64,000 bases of DNA, from NCBI GenBank assembly GCA_963833425.1, contig CAWHXP010000013.1:64001-128000 (forward strand). Direction: 5' to 3'. Of this stretch, positions 12,165 through 23,598 are shown piece after piece. The stretch's first letter is position 1. Every line of letters begins with the position of its first letter. This DNA is from an uncultured Methanosarcinaceae archaeon (lineage in GTDB: Archaea; Halobacteriota; Methanosarcinia; Methanosarcinales; Methanosarcinaceae). The position numbers and the translations under genes are program-made. A model generated the notes under the pieces. That model was not told where the DNA came from and did no database searches. It saw only the letters and a program-made list of their open reading frames with translations.

Positions 12165-14162
12165 ATGGAAATGACGTATAAAGCATTCTTTGTATTAATC
12201 AGCATGATTTTATTATCGACAACTGCACTTGCAACATCTACACCCTTGAAATCTGCTGCACAACCGTATTACATAGATCCACAGCATAATTTGTGGCTCA
12301 AGATCAACATGAATGGCAGCACACAACATTTTAATGTTTACAATGCGTCTGGCTATTCTCCCAATGGAGATACAGTTATGTGGGCATTCGATAACTTTAG
12401 CTCAGGCAAGTTAAATACGTCAAAGTGGACAGCTTACAAAGGAGGAAGCAATGACTCAACATTAGATGTACAGAACGGACATCTGGTGTTGTCAGGCTCT
12501 GGTAACACATCTTCTGCAAATGTTGTGCTGAATAAACAATTCACGAACGGCATTGAATTGGCGGTCAATGAAACAATAACAGGGGGTACTCATGACATGG
12601 GTACATTTTCTGATGCTTCTTTTGGTTCCGGAGCACTAGTAGGTGGTCTCAGAGGGGAAGATTGGTGGCACACAAGCTTCAAAGCTGGTGGAGGATCATT
12701 CCAAAGCCAGGGGATACACAAATCAATGATTTGGGTAAATTCAAATGATTCGAATGTTGTGATGCCCACTCCTGGTATCACGCTAAGTGATTACATCAAA
12801 GGAAATATTTCACATACATTGGCATATAGTTATGACGTTTCTGGTAATGCAAATATGTATATTCTAAATGTAACTCAAAATCGTCTACCCTTATCTATAC
12901 CTGATCCATATGGGTATAACCAGTTCAATCACCCATCTATCTATTTCAATGAGACTGGAGTATTTGGTCACAAATGGTGGATGTTTATTACACCATATGC
13001 ATATTCGAAAGGTACATATGAAAATGCATGTTTGTATTATTCTGATGATGGACTAATTTGGTATGTACCGCCAGGAGTGAAAAATCCCATTGGAACACCA
13101 ATAGAATCTGAATATAAACCAAATGCTTATGGTTGTGATCCTTACGGTTCTGATCCATATGGTTCTGATCCTTATGGTGCTGATCCACATGGTTCTGATC
13201 CATACGGTTCTGATTCTCATCTCATATATAATCCTAATATCGGAAAATTCATGTGCTACTATGTAATTGGGGATGTAATTGGTGATGTAACCGTGGAAGA
13301 CCCAAAAGTTAAAACATATGATGGGATTACTGTTTCACCTGAAATAAATGTCACAGCCCATGGTGTATCACCAGCTGTTCTGTATGATAAAGCCACAAGA
13401 ACGTATTACATGTGGATTGTTGATATCGATCCTCAACCGCATGTAATATACAGATACACATCCACAGATGGTGTACATTTTGGTAATAAGCAAGCTGTGA
13501 GCCAATCGAGCAATTTCCAAACCTGGCATATGAATACTATGAATTATCCCGGAAACTCAACAATATATGCATTATTTACATTGATGACTAATAAAAAGGA
13601 TTTCATCAAAGATTTACATATCGCAACCGCAAATAATTACACCGATAATTTCACAGTTCAAAGTTCACCACTTCTAAAAGTCAAGGATTCGTCATCTGCA
13701 ACACATAAAGAAGTCCTATTATATCGGAGTGCAGGTATATTTAGCGATGATGGAAACATCTTGAAACTCTGGATACCTGCACAAGATACTAATGGAGTCT
13801 GGACTGTATTTTACACACAAGCAATGAAGGAAAATGGTGTCTGGGCAGTCGCAAATTTCACAACTCTGCGTGCACCTCTTATGACAGTCCAAAACACACA
13901 ATATCTCTATACTCCGAAGCATTGGATGCTATCACAAGGCGATTCCCCAAAAAGCCATGGAGTCAAAAGAGAAATCAGTGAAGTTTGGGGATACAAAACA
14001 GGTCACACACCAAAAACAATAGTAAAAAATATGGGAGAATACACTCAAATTGATATTGCACCAATAGATTTACAAAACGTTTCCGATTACCAGGTGATGG
14101 TCCCTTCTAGTATGCTTAACTTGTCATCTCAAAACGATTCTCTGGACATTGAGCGTGCTTAA
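12165..14162 (+). CDS. Secreted/surface protein with an internal glycoside-hydrolase-like beta-propeller domain
   Basis: Signal peptide (YKAFFVLISMILLSTTALA), many NxS/T sequons, central block HPSIYF...KWWMFITPY...YENACLYYSDDGLIW...KNPI...SDSHLIYN with Asp-box-like STDGVHF. Confidence 0.75.
   Translation: MEMTYKAFFVLISMILLSTTALATSTPLKSAAQPYYIDPQHNLWLKINMNGSTQHFNVYNASGYSPNGDTVMWAFDNFSSGKLNTSKWTAYKGGSNDSTLDVQNGHLVLSGSGNTSSANVVLNKQFTNGIELAVNETITGGTHDMGTFSDASFGSGALVGGLRGEDWWHTSFKAGGGSFQSQGIHKSMIWVNSNDSNVVMPTPGITLSDYIKGNISHTLAYSYDVSGNANMYILNVTQNRLPLSIPDPYGYNQFNHPSIYFNETGVFGHKWWMFITPYAYSKGTYENACLYYSDDGLIWYVPPGVKNPIGTPIESEYKPNAYGCDPYGSDPYGSDPYGADPHGSDPYGSDSHLIYNPNIGKFMCYYVIGDVIGDVTVEDPKVKTYDGITVSPEINVTAHGVSPAVLYDKATRTYYMWIVDIDPQPHVIYRYTSTDGVHFGNKQAVSQSSNFQTWHMNTMNYPGNSTIYALFTLMTNKKDFIKDLHIATANNYTDNFTVQSSPLLKVKDSSSATHKEVLLYRSAGIFSDDGNILKLWIPAQDTNGVWTVFYTQAMKENGVWAVANFTTLRAPLMTVQNTQYLYTPKHWMLSQGDSPKSHGVKREISEVWGYKTGHTPKTIVKNMGEYTQIDIAPIDLQNVSDYQVMVPSSMLNLSSQNDSLDIERA
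13128..13217 (+). repeat. 6 x 15-bp coding tandem repeat (YGSDP)
   Basis: tatggttgtgatcct tacggttctgatcca tatggttctgatcct tatggtgctgatcca catggttctgatcca tacggttctgattct. Confidence 0.95.
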
Positions 14163-14255
14163 ATTCACAAACAAACATTATTTCAGACAGGGCATTTTGA
14201 TGATCTTACTGCGGACAATGACATTAGGGCTTACAGAGCTTCTTTTGGAAAACTA

Positions 14256-14377
14256 GGTCAACGGCAGTTAAAAAGTCCCCATTTTCGGCAGTCCAACAAT
14301 TCAAAATCTTCAGCATTTGAGAAAAATTTGAGGATTGTATAATGCTGAAAATGGAGGAATGGCTGTTGATACGAGAT
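14256..14377 (+). mobile_element. IS21-family left-end relic with first codons of istA
   Basis: GTCAACGGCAGTTAAAAAGTCCCCATTTTCGGCAGT terminal repeat structure, then ATG 14342 MLKMEEWLLIRD, truncated. Confidence 0.65.
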
Positions 14378-14689
14378 AGAAAGGTTATTCACGATTTTAC
14401 AGAAAATAAGTGCACCGCTGTAAATCGCCGCATCCCAGATTTGCTGTAAAATCTACCATGTATCTCAATTTTCTTTTTTGATTATTATTCTATTTTTCCT
14501 ATGACCCACGTTGGCGCCTTAATTTGATCTGATAGCACCATTTTATTTTTTATCATTCCGTAATTTCAGTAAATGATGTGTTTATTCCAAATTCAGATGA
14601 AAATATCCTACAATTAAGGATTAAACTGAAAAAAATGCATAGATTTTCTGACAAAAAAACTACTTTCTTACATTCGTTAATTCTTATTC

Positions 14690-15500
14690 ATTTTTCTTAA
14701 AATCGTGGATCTCATCGCGAATTTCATTCTATTGTATCCTTTCAGTCAAATTCCTTATCCAATTATCTACAAGGGCTGCTATTAACTGAAATTCAAGAAT
14801 ATCAAGGCTTTCAATTCAAAGTTCTCAGAAATCACGCACTGTTTTCTAAGACCTTCAGGGTAAAACTGGTGTTCTTACATTCATCTTTTTTGTTTTCTTC
14901 GCCATGAAGTTTGATTTAATTTCTCTTAGATATGCCGGAGAATCGTGTTTGAGAGAGTTAAAACGAGTTCATTAACAATCTTTTATAAGGTAACTGCAGT
15001 ATCTATCTCAAAGAAAAAAATTCTCTTCCAAATCTATATTTAAGCTGAAATCAACATTTCCAAATTGTATATCAGAAAAATATTCTCAACAAGTTTTTCA
15101 AGTTATGTTGAGAAAGCATCTGTGTCTCTTTATCTGACTTCTTGTAGCTCCTCATGAATAAAAGCTATAGATATCACTCTGTGTTGAATTTCCCTGATAT
15201 AACCAAAAGATAATTCGTGATAATATGGATAATTTCCTTTTTGCAAAAATGTTCAATATTATCCAGAATTTCGTCTGCCTTTTATGCTTCAAAATATTTT
15301 GGACTGTTGCTTCTATTCGAATAGGGATATTTTGTTATCAAAAATAACTTCAATTTGCTCATTGGCTATTCTTTCTTCTCTATTGGCTAAAATGCTCTTA
15401 TGAGCACTGTTATAAGACCCTTTTTATAAAGACCTTTCAATGGCATAAGCCATAGCTTTGACTATATAATTTGATGAGGTGAAAAATAATTGAAGGTTAA
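14690..15500 (-). pseudogene. Signal-transduction histidine kinase (HisKA_2/HATPase type), decayed and IS-interrupted
   Basis: Fragments QHRVISIA..HEEL, LEKLVENIF, GNVDFSLNIDLEEN, IDTAVTL*KIVNELV, NSLKH. A hydrophobic 5' part probably continues at ~16487-16630. Confidence 0.75.
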
Positions 15501-16486
15501 GATCTGTAGAAACCCTCAATTTGATGCAAATTAGTTCTATAATTTTTTTGTTTATGTTGTATACTATTAATTTAATTTTAATCTCTTTTGTTTGATAACG
15601 GAATTTCCTTACCCATAGTGTTTCTCCTAATTTTCTTTTAACTACGAAAAATATTGTCTCCACAATATTTCTTTGATTATATTTAATTCTGTCAAAGACC
15701 AGGTTCAACTGTTTTCTATATTTACCTCTTATTTTCTTTCTTTTTCTCTCTTACAGGTATAATTGAATCTGCTTTGATTTCTTCTCTAATTATAGAATGT
15801 ATTTTTTCTGAATCGTATCGTTTATCCATTACATAACAATCAGACTTTCTAATCTTATTTGATTGTCTTATCAGAGCATTTGCATGTTTGATTTCATGGT
15901 CTGTTTTTTGACTAATTTCCCATCCCAATATTATCTTTTTACTTGTGCCCACTGACATTGAAATTCTCAGGAAGCTTCCCTGTTCTTCTGGAATAATAAT
16001 AACTTGCATATGAACTCGTAAATCCTGTTGCATCAATCGCTGCAACAGAGACATTTACTCCATATGAGTAAAACAGCTTTAGAATCCTTGACAGAAGAGG
16101 GTTAAACAGAGAGGAAGGAATCCTAGTTACAAACTTTTGTAGGGTAGTGAAATATGGAATCTTTTCAAGAGCAAGTTTTTCTTTTATATCGCTCATAAGG
16201 TCAATAAGTTCTACAAAATCTCGATAGTCTGTACTAATATACTCTTTCAATAAAACCAGTGAAAGAAGCTGATGCTGAGTATAAACGTGTTTTGAATACT
16301 TGCAGGAATAAAGCTTCAGTCTCGAAGACTGAACAGTTTCAAGACTAGTATCAACAAATTTAATGTACTTTTAAACTTCAATATTGAATGTTCCTTCGTT
16401 TTTAGCGAAAAAAATAAGAAGAATATTATAACTGAATAGTTATAATACTGGTGTAAAAGTTCAATTTAGAACATTTCTGCAGAGCC
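15501..16486 (-). mobile_element. IS5-family element (GGCTCTG..AGAAA ends), frameshifted transposase
   Basis: TIRs GATCTGTAGAAA / TTTCTGCAGAGCC; flanks gaaggttaa / aaaggttaa (9-bp TSD, 1 mismatch); DDE pieces AAIDATGF, VMDKRYDSE, QRNIVETIF in three frames. Confidence 0.9.
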
Positions 16487-16798
16487 AAAGGTTAAAAAAT
16501 AAATATTATTGTACAGAGTTGGCTTCTTACTATCAGTAGCAGTTAAATCAGAAAGTGCGAACCATAGGATGGTAAAAGTAGCGCCAATTCTGGCTGCAGC
16601 TTCTACATTTTACCATATATTTCACATCCTTTTTCCAATTTCTGATACATCAACTAAATATCACATTGTTAGTAATTAATTTATAGTTAATTGGAATCAA
16701 AATATACTAAATACATTTCTATATATTTAATAAACGCATATTGAATATTCTGGAAAATATGACAGAAATCTTAAAAATAAATTAGATAGGTATAAAGC

Positions 16799-18724
16799 AT
16801 GAACAAGGTTAACAAGGAGACGGAAGACAATTCTGAATATCCTAAAAAATTTGAAAATCTAGAAATGAAGGAGATAAAGTCTATAAGTGAAAAACTTTCC
16901 GAAATGCACTGTGATATCAAAACAGTGATGGAATATTCCAACAGGCTTCGTTTCGAAACTGCTCTTGAAAGTTCAAGGCAGGAATATTCACATGCTCTTC
17001 TAAATCATCTTTTTGAAGATATAGAGACTGGACTTGAACGAAATATGGCGAAAAGATGTCCTGAAAAAGGAAATTGCATTTCTAAGTTCACGGCTATTCT
17101 ACAGCACAATGGAAGGATTCTAAAAAATATTAAAATAGATGAGGCCCTTATTTCGGACAACAGAAATAAGTTGGATGAACTGAAATGCAGAGCTCCTTAT
17201 AGGAAATGTGAGCGGTGCTTTTCCGAAGTTTCGAATCTCTTCATAAAACAAATAAACCTCATGCATTCCATAAAGAGTTATAAAATTGATCAAGGACAGA
17301 AGCCCGATATTTCAGCCCTAGAAACCAACGTGGTTATGAACGAAATCCTTGAGCCGGTCTCAAATAAACAGCGCTTGAAAATTTTAAAAGCTGTCGCCAT
17401 CGAACCGAAAAGCTTCTCCGCTTTTTCCAAACTTACGGGTCTTATAGCAGGGAACTTACACTTTCATCTCCAGAAACTCATGGACTGCGAGCTAATTCTG
17501 CAACAACATGATAGAGGAAATTATATGATCACTGAAAAAGGGCTCAAAATCCTGCAGAGTTTAAACGAGATATATTTTTCACTCCAATATTTCCCACAGC
17601 AAATATATCATTCTAATTTGTTTGAGGAATCGAAAAAGGAAAAATTAACTAGCGAATCGGAGATAGTAACACTTACTGAATCTCTAAAAAAAATGGCTCT
17701 GACCCGTGGGGCCGCCAAAGTAGGCATTGCAACGACAAAAAATCTTTTAGGCGGCCCTCCTTCCACCGACCTGACCTATGTGTTGCCAGAAGCAAAATCT
17801 GCTATCTGTTTTGCCCTAGCTTTTGATCAGAACCTTATAGACCCTTATTTCAGAAAACTGGATTACGAATCCCTTGAAATGAATAAGGTATTGACCACTA
17901 TCCTTGCCGATGGAATAGCTCTTGAAATTGCAAATTTTTTGCAGCAATCTGGATTCAAAGCTGCCCCTCAGGCTGCAAATTTCGTTTACCGGAAGGGTAC
18001 AGAAAATTGGCTGTTGGATATGCATCCTCCTATTTCCCACAGGTATCTGGCAGCACGCTCTGGGATAGGACATCTAGGATATTCAGGAAATATTATTACA
18101 AAGGAATATGGATCCGCGATTGTCTTGGCCACAGTCGTAACGGACGCTGAACTTATTCCAACAGACCCCTTGTCAGAAGAAGAAAACTATTGTGACGAAT
18201 GCAAGCTTTGCCTTTCAGTATGTTTATCTGGATACGTAGACCCTGTTGAGAAAATTTCTGTAACCCTGGGTGGAAAGGAGTTTAGTTATGGGAAGCGAAG
18301 AAGCAATAGTCGCGGTTTACTTGTATGTATGGGACTTACAGGTCTGAGTGCCTCAGGAAAATGGTCCACCTGGTCTCCTGGGCGCTTTAAAATTCCCGAA
18401 AAAGATGAAGAGTTCATTTCTGCAATAGCTACTGCCACACAAGCGTATCAAGAAAGACCGAAGTTAAAAGGCGGATTTTTTGTACCCATAATGTCAGGAT
18501 GCATGATGGAATATCCCTGTTCTAGCTGCCAGTTAGTCTGTCACCCTGACAAAGAAGTTCGAACAGCAAGATACAAGATGCTAATAGAAAGCGGAGTGGT
18601 CATACAAGAACTTGATGGAACTCGTAGAGTAGTATCCCCAGAAGAAGCAAAAGAGTATCTCAACTCCATACCTCTAGAAAAAAGAAAACTATATGAATCT
18701 ATTTCTGCGGGGGAATCGGTCTAA
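16799..18724 (+). CDS. Fusion: Cys-rich ArsR-like winged-helix regulator + QueG/reductive-dehalogenase-like Fe-S domain
   Basis: aa ~180-255 wHTH (EPVSNKQRLKIL...GNLHFHLQKL...YMITEKG); aa ~290-641 GAAKVGIA, ISHRYLAARSGIGHLGYSGNIITKEYGSAIVLATVVTDAEL, CDECKLCLSVC, CSSCQLVC. One uninterrupted 641-aa frame. Confidence 0.85.
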   Translation: MNKVNKETEDNSEYPKKFENLEMKEIKSISEKLSEMHCDIKTVMEYSNRLRFETALESSRQEYSHALLNHLFEDIETGLERNMAKRCPEKGNCISKFTAILQHNGRILKNIKIDEALISDNRNKLDELKCRAPYRKCERCFSEVSNLFIKQINLMHSIKSYKIDQGQKPDISALETNVVMNEILEPVSNKQRLKILKAVAIEPKSFSAFSKLTGLIAGNLHFHLQKLMDCELILQQHDRGNYMITEKGLKILQSLNEIYFSLQYFPQQIYHSNLFEESKKEKLTSESEIVTLTESLKKMALTRGAAKVGIATTKNLLGGPPSTDLTYVLPEAKSAICFALAFDQNLIDPYFRKLDYESLEMNKVLTTILADGIALEIANFLQQSGFKAAPQAANFVYRKGTENWLLDMHPPISHRYLAARSGIGHLGYSGNIITKEYGSAIVLATVVTDAELIPTDPLSEEENYCDECKLCLSVCLSGYVDPVEKISVTLGGKEFSYGKRRSNSRGLLVCMGLTGLSASGKWSTWSPGRFKIPEKDEEFISAIATATQAYQERPKLKGGFFVPIMSGCMMEYPCSSCQLVCHPDKEVRTARYKMLIESGVVIQELDGTRRVVSPEEAKEYLNSIPLEKRKLYESISAGESV

Positions 18725-19031
18725 AAACAGAGGAAATTATTTCTTAAAACAAAATTTGGATTATCCTTTTTAAAGATATTCAAATTTTTAAGGATAAATC
18801 ATTTGGAGCTCAAGCCGTTGAACTGAAAAATCAATGACATTAAACCTATAAATCTATAAAGGATGTATTTTAACTTTAATATCTGTTTCACTTTTTTTGT
18901 ACTTCATTGATGCTTGAAGACTTATATGCATGTGGTAACTGCCTCATGTATTCCTTCGATCTTGGGGAGACTGGATAAAATTTATACATAACAAAATTTG
19001 GTGACAACATCTCCTCCAATGCTCAAATTTT

Positions 19032-19163
19032 GGCTTTGTAGAAATTCTCCTAAAATATAATCTTTAGACTATAATGAGCATTTACCCTTATTGATATCAA
19101 AGCTAATTTTATAATATTATGATTTTGAAGTGCTGCTCGAATTTGGAGGATTTCTACATAGCC
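19032..19163. mobile_element. 132-bp MITE with ends like the 15501-16486 IS5
   Basis: GGCTTTGTAGAAATTCTCC...GGAGGATTTCTACATAGCC. Confidence 0.8.
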
Positions 19164-19278
19164 TAAATTTCAATATTGAATTTTCCTTCTTTTTTAGCGG
19201 AAAATAAGAAGAATATTATAACTAAATAATTATAATATTATAGTGTAAAAATTCAATTTAGAGCATTTCTACAAAGCC
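19164..19278 (-). mobile_element. Isolated terminal fragment of the same IS5 element
   Basis: Aligns with 16372-16486 (AATAAGAAGAATATTATAACT...TTCAATTTAGAGCATTTCTACAAAGCC). Confidence 0.8.
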
Positions 19279-20110
19279 TACTTCTTCTTAATATTTAAAA
19301 AAATATTGAATGGAGTAAAGTGATGCTGATGAATTCTAAAGATAAAATAAGAGGATACGTCATACCCAAATGCCTTCAGAATGGATTGTGAAGTTACCTT
19401 CCAATTCAGTGAGACACACATATGGATGGATATGTATATTTGGCACTTAAAAGTGGTGAAGACGTCTAAAGATTTAGTAGTCACCTTGAAAGATATAAAT
19501 TCATTTTTACTTTCCCATATTGGGCTTTTCCGAAAGCATTGAATGAGTTAGAAAAATGTGGGATGATAAAGCTACAAGACAACGTGGTAAAAGTCCCACT
19601 TTAACTGTGTTATATGACGTTTGTATGAAGGATGTCCAACTTTAAATTTTGATAAAAGAGATGGAATAACAGTGAATAGGTAATGATGTGGCGCTTGATC
19701 TGTTCTATAAAACTAATTTCCTAATTTTTATTTCAATTCGCAATCTATAGAATTAATATTTATTAGATTTCGTCCATGTGTTTGAATCCGGAGCAAATAC
19801 CCTAAGCAGCTCTTTAAGGGCTTTCATGAACCTTATACCCATATTCTCCTTACCGATCATTTTAGTTATATTCCCCAGTAATGTCTTGTGCCCCATCATT
19901 ATAGTCATATTCTCCTGACTCGTAATACAAATAAAATTTTCAAAAATTTTATATGAAGAGTGAACTACTCCTCTCTAACCTTCGATTCTCCAGTTCTTCT
20001 AGGACAGATTTGCTAACCCTAAGGATATATTCTTTCATACTCAACTCAAGAGTTTATCAAAGGATGGCAAATATTCATAATCTATCTAAAGAAATTTTTA
20101 CTTATTGTTT

Positions 20111-20659
20111 TCATGTCCTCATTTTCATTCCCCCAATAACTTCTCCAATTCCACCGAAAATAAGGAAAAATCCAAATACCCATGGCAGCAGCAGGATTCC
20201 CGCTAGGGAGTTAGTTAATAGAAGTAAGCCCAGGATTATGTTAAGCAAGCCACAAATTCCCATGCCCATTCCTCCCCCTTTAAGCGACAAAGTAAATCTC
20301 ACAGCACCGTTGATAAGAACTAAAATTCCTATTAAGAGAATGAAAAGTTTAAGAACTATGAAAGGACTGAGGATGGGATACATAATTATAACAACTCCTG
20401 CAATAATGCTCAAGATACCTGAAATCGGGTTCCACATCCGGTTCTTCGTAAAAATCAGTGATTCTATAACAGAAATAATTCCTTGAGCTAGCCAAAAAAT
20501 GGCTAAAATTTGTATTAGCAGAATGGTGGTTGCTATAGGCTCGTATAAGAGAAATATGCCTATAAGAATAGCAATAATCCCTTCCAAAAAAACCGACCAC
20601 CAAGGTGGCTGCACTACTTCAAATTTTATCATTGACTCAGTATAAATTGGTTGTTCCAT
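20111..20659 (-). CDS. HdeD/DUF308-family membrane protein
   Basis: WWSVFLEGIIAILIGIFLLYEP repeat unit; about 6 TM helices. Confidence 0.85.
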   Translation of the reverse strand: MEQPIYTESMIKFEVVQPPWWSVFLEGIIAILIGIFLLYEPIATTILLIQILAIFWLAQGIISVIESLIFTKNRMWNPISGILSIIAGVVIIMYPILSPFIVLKLFILLIGILVLINGAVRFTLSLKGGGMGMGICGLLNIILGLLLLTNSLAGILLLPWVFGFFLIFGGIGEVIGGMKMRT

Positions 20660-20779
20660 ATAATATCTCTCCCTAATTATTTTGACGCGTTATGCAGACA
20701 TTCCCCCTACCAAGATACGATACGTAGGCAAGATACACCAAAGCGTTACCTGTCCAGGACCAAACACTTCAGAATCAGA

Positions 20780-20870
20780 TGTCTGTTGCTGTGTCGATCA
20801 CAGAGACAGGGTTGCTGCCTTTCATTCGTTACATTACTTTCGTTCCATAGGGGAGACTGCAACTCCCCCA
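20780..20870 (-). pseudogene. Single degenerate YVTN beta-propeller repeat
   Basis: GVAVSP(fs)GTKV(fs)VTN..GSNPVSVIDTATD. Confidence 0.65.
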
Positions 20871-21026
20871 GTCCAGCTTTCAGCATTTCCCATGGCTATA
20901 CCTTATTTTTGATAACTATTCAAACTACCAAAAATTAGTTGGTTGGTGTCTATTCTATCACATCAACAAAATTCGATGAACAATAATATTTACTAGTTTG
21001 TTCTTTATTTTAAATTAATTATAAAA

Positions 21027-21046
21027 AAAATAGTTTCTGGATAAAA
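21027..21046 (-). promoter_or_regulatory. Shared upstream motif T(T/C)CAGAAACTATTTT (copy 1)
   Basis: + strand AAAATAGTTTCTGGATAAAA; points toward the YVTN relic and hdeD-like gene. Confidence 0.5.
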
Positions 21047-21481
21047 ATTACTTCTAGATAAAATATTTTAACACTGAACAACTATTTATTATTAATTATA
21101 GTTTTAATTATTTCTAGATAACATCACAAGACTATCAATAATTAACATACTTTACTAGACAACAACCATTATCATAAAATATTGCTATTTTTCAAATTTT
21201 ACATTTAATTTCGATAGGTTTCTTTAATAGTGGAACTAAAGTTCTGTGAAATCTGATTGGCTCTTTTACCATTTTCTTTCACTGCAAAAAAATCCGGGTG
21301 CTGAACCAATGGTTATGTTAAAAAAGTATGTTCTATTGTTTCATTAATGCATAGTTTTTTTGCGATAAAACCTATGTATTAGTAAAACAGAGACAAAAAC
21401 TGTATTCAGAAGTTATTTTAAAACATTATTACTATTAAAGCAATGTTCAATTTTAAAATATTTAGGCGAACATAAGTTTTA

Positions 21482-21496
21482 TTCAGAAACTATTTT
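21482..21496 (+). promoter_or_regulatory. Shared upstream motif TTCAGAAACTATTTT (copy 2)
   Basis: About 125 nt upstream of the isochorismatase-family ATG. Confidence 0.5.
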
Positions 21497-21619
21497 TTTG
21501 ATAAATACTTTAAAATAACTAAAAAGCAAAGTAAATTTTGTAGTTCATTGAAATTTTATTATTCAGACAACATAAATGAAACTAGAGAGATTATCTTACC
21601 TAAACAGAAAGTCTAAGCC

Positions 21620-22263
21620 ATGTCCAAAGCGAATCCAATTCCGGGAAAAACGCTTCTGAATCCGACCAACCATACGTGATCATGATCGATAATCAGTCGC
21701 AGATGGCCTTCGCTACCAAGTCGATTGATATCGTATATCTCCGTAACAACGCTGGACTTGTCGCCAGTGCGGCAAAAGAATTCAAAGTCTCAACCATTCT
21801 GACTACCATTGCAGAAAAAACATTCAGTGGCCCTATTTCCGGTGAAATCAAAGAAGTTTTTCCTCACGAAGAAATTATTGATCGTTCAATTATCAATGCA
21901 TGGGAAGACAGCCGTATCACTGATAAGATCAATAAATTTGGCAAAGACAAAATCGTTCTTTGCGGTTTGTGGACGAGCGTTTGTATTGCGGATCCAGCGC
22001 TGTCGGCAATTGATCAAGGCTTTGAAGTCTATTTCATCGCGGACGCCTGCGGCGATATTTCGACTGAAGCACATGATCGCGCTTGTGAACGTATGATTCA
22101 AGCTGGATGCCGTCCCATGACTAGCGTGCAATATCTTCTTGAATTGCAACGCGACTGGGCGCGTGTCGAGACTTACAACGAAACATGTGCCAACTCTATT
22201 AAGTTCGGTGGCGCTTATGGCCTTGGCCTCATTTATGCCCAAACAATGATCGTTGGCCATTAA
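21620..22263 (+). pseudogene. Isochorismatase-family (YcaC-like) hydrolase with a 1-nt frameshift near codon 20
   Basis: ATG 21620 MSKANPIPGKTLLNPTNHT then TGA; the shifted frame continues IMIDNQSQMAF...GLWTSVC...LELQRDWAR. Could still be expressed from an internal start. Confidence 0.8.
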
Positions 22264-22289
22264 AGTGCGAAAGGAACTTAACTCATAAA

Positions 22290-22319
22290 GGGCTGTATTT
22301 TGCAGCCCCTTCTTTTTTT
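22290..22319 (+). terminator. Bacterial-style intrinsic terminator
   Basis: GGGCTGTA-TTT-TGCAGCCC stem (one G-U pair) followed by CTTCTTTTTTT, about 26 nt after the stop codon. Confidence 0.7.
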
Positions 22320-22798
22320 GCAGAATTGTGGGGGCGCTATGACAGTTAAAACAGTTCTCTTTTATTTAAAAACTTACAGGAATTATTTTATTCAATTTTC
22401 ATAAGGATTCATACAAAGTTTTTTTTGTAATTAAAGCTATGTATTTTTGGTTTGAAATTTAGATAAAAAGTTTCTGCTGTAGTCGTTTATTTTTTGTTAG
22501 TTTTTCTAATTTTGAGTACATCATACTATTATGCATAGATTTTATTAAAAAATATTTCATATTAAATAGCCGAAAAGTTGCTATATCCACATTCATGAAT
22601 AAGATGGATTCTTATCAACTGTTATTGCTCTCGGCATTTGATTGTGATTTGAACTCAATGTTTCTTAGGGAAAATGAAGAGGTTTCCACTTAATTCGACG
22701 AGGATATGTAACTTGAAGAGGATATATAATTAGACTAATCTACTTTGGGTCAAAAGCTATTTACAAAGCTGAAAAATTTCGATTAAGGGTGAGGATTT

Positions 22799-23580
22799 AT
22801 GAGCAAGAAAATACTTATTACTGGTGCTGGGCATGGTTTAGGCAAAGGAGTAGCATTGGGTTTGGCCAAGCAGGTCACAAAGTTATTGCGACTGCACAAA
22901 TCTGGCCACAGGTTTGGGATTTAAGATGTGAAACCAAAGAACAGGCTATCGAGCTTGATGTAATTAAGCTTGATATTCGAGATGACATAGATAGACGGCA
23001 TGCTCTGACCTATGATATTGACATTTTGGTCAACAATGCAGGAATTGGAAAATCGATCCCATGGCCGAGATACCTATTTATAGAGTACGTGAATCCTTCG
23101 AGACAAATGTTTTTAGTCGCCTAGAGCTAATGCAGGACTTTGTGCATAAGATGATCAAACAAGGACGTGAGAAAGTTGTCTGGATTTCTTCGGAGGACGG
23201 TATTTTGACGGATGCTTTTGCAGGAACTTATTGCGCTACTAAGCATGCTATCGAAGCTATCGCCTGGGCGATGAAAGAAGAGCTTGATCCTATGGAATTC
23301 AGGTCACAACGATTAACCCGGGAGCCTATCGGACTGGTTTTAACGACATAGGATTAGATGATGGCATCAATGGTACGATCCTGAAAAAAATTTAATCAAA
23401 CCCCGAGACCCCAGTGAAATGGCTGAAGAGTTATCCAAACAGCGTGATCCACAAGAGATGATCGATGTTATTGTGGAAGTAATCAAAGCTGACAACCATA
23501 TGTACCGCACTGTAAAACCAGATGAAGATGTGCATGAGCTGAAAAAGTTTCAGGCTAATGTATGGAAGGCTGGGGTATAA
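22799..23580 (+). pseudogene. Short-chain dehydrogenase/reductase, multiple frameshifts
   Basis: MSKKILITGAGHGLG, DILVNNAGIG and YCATK lie in different frames. Confidence 0.88.
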
Positions 23581-23598
23581 GGAAATATTAGTTTTGGA

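Noticed and set aside
19953..20486. 177-aa plus-strand ORF, and similar antisense ORFs over mat, argS, prf1, DP1, the ABC genes and 27622-27975
   Set aside because: These are shadow frames of recognisable opposite-strand genes.
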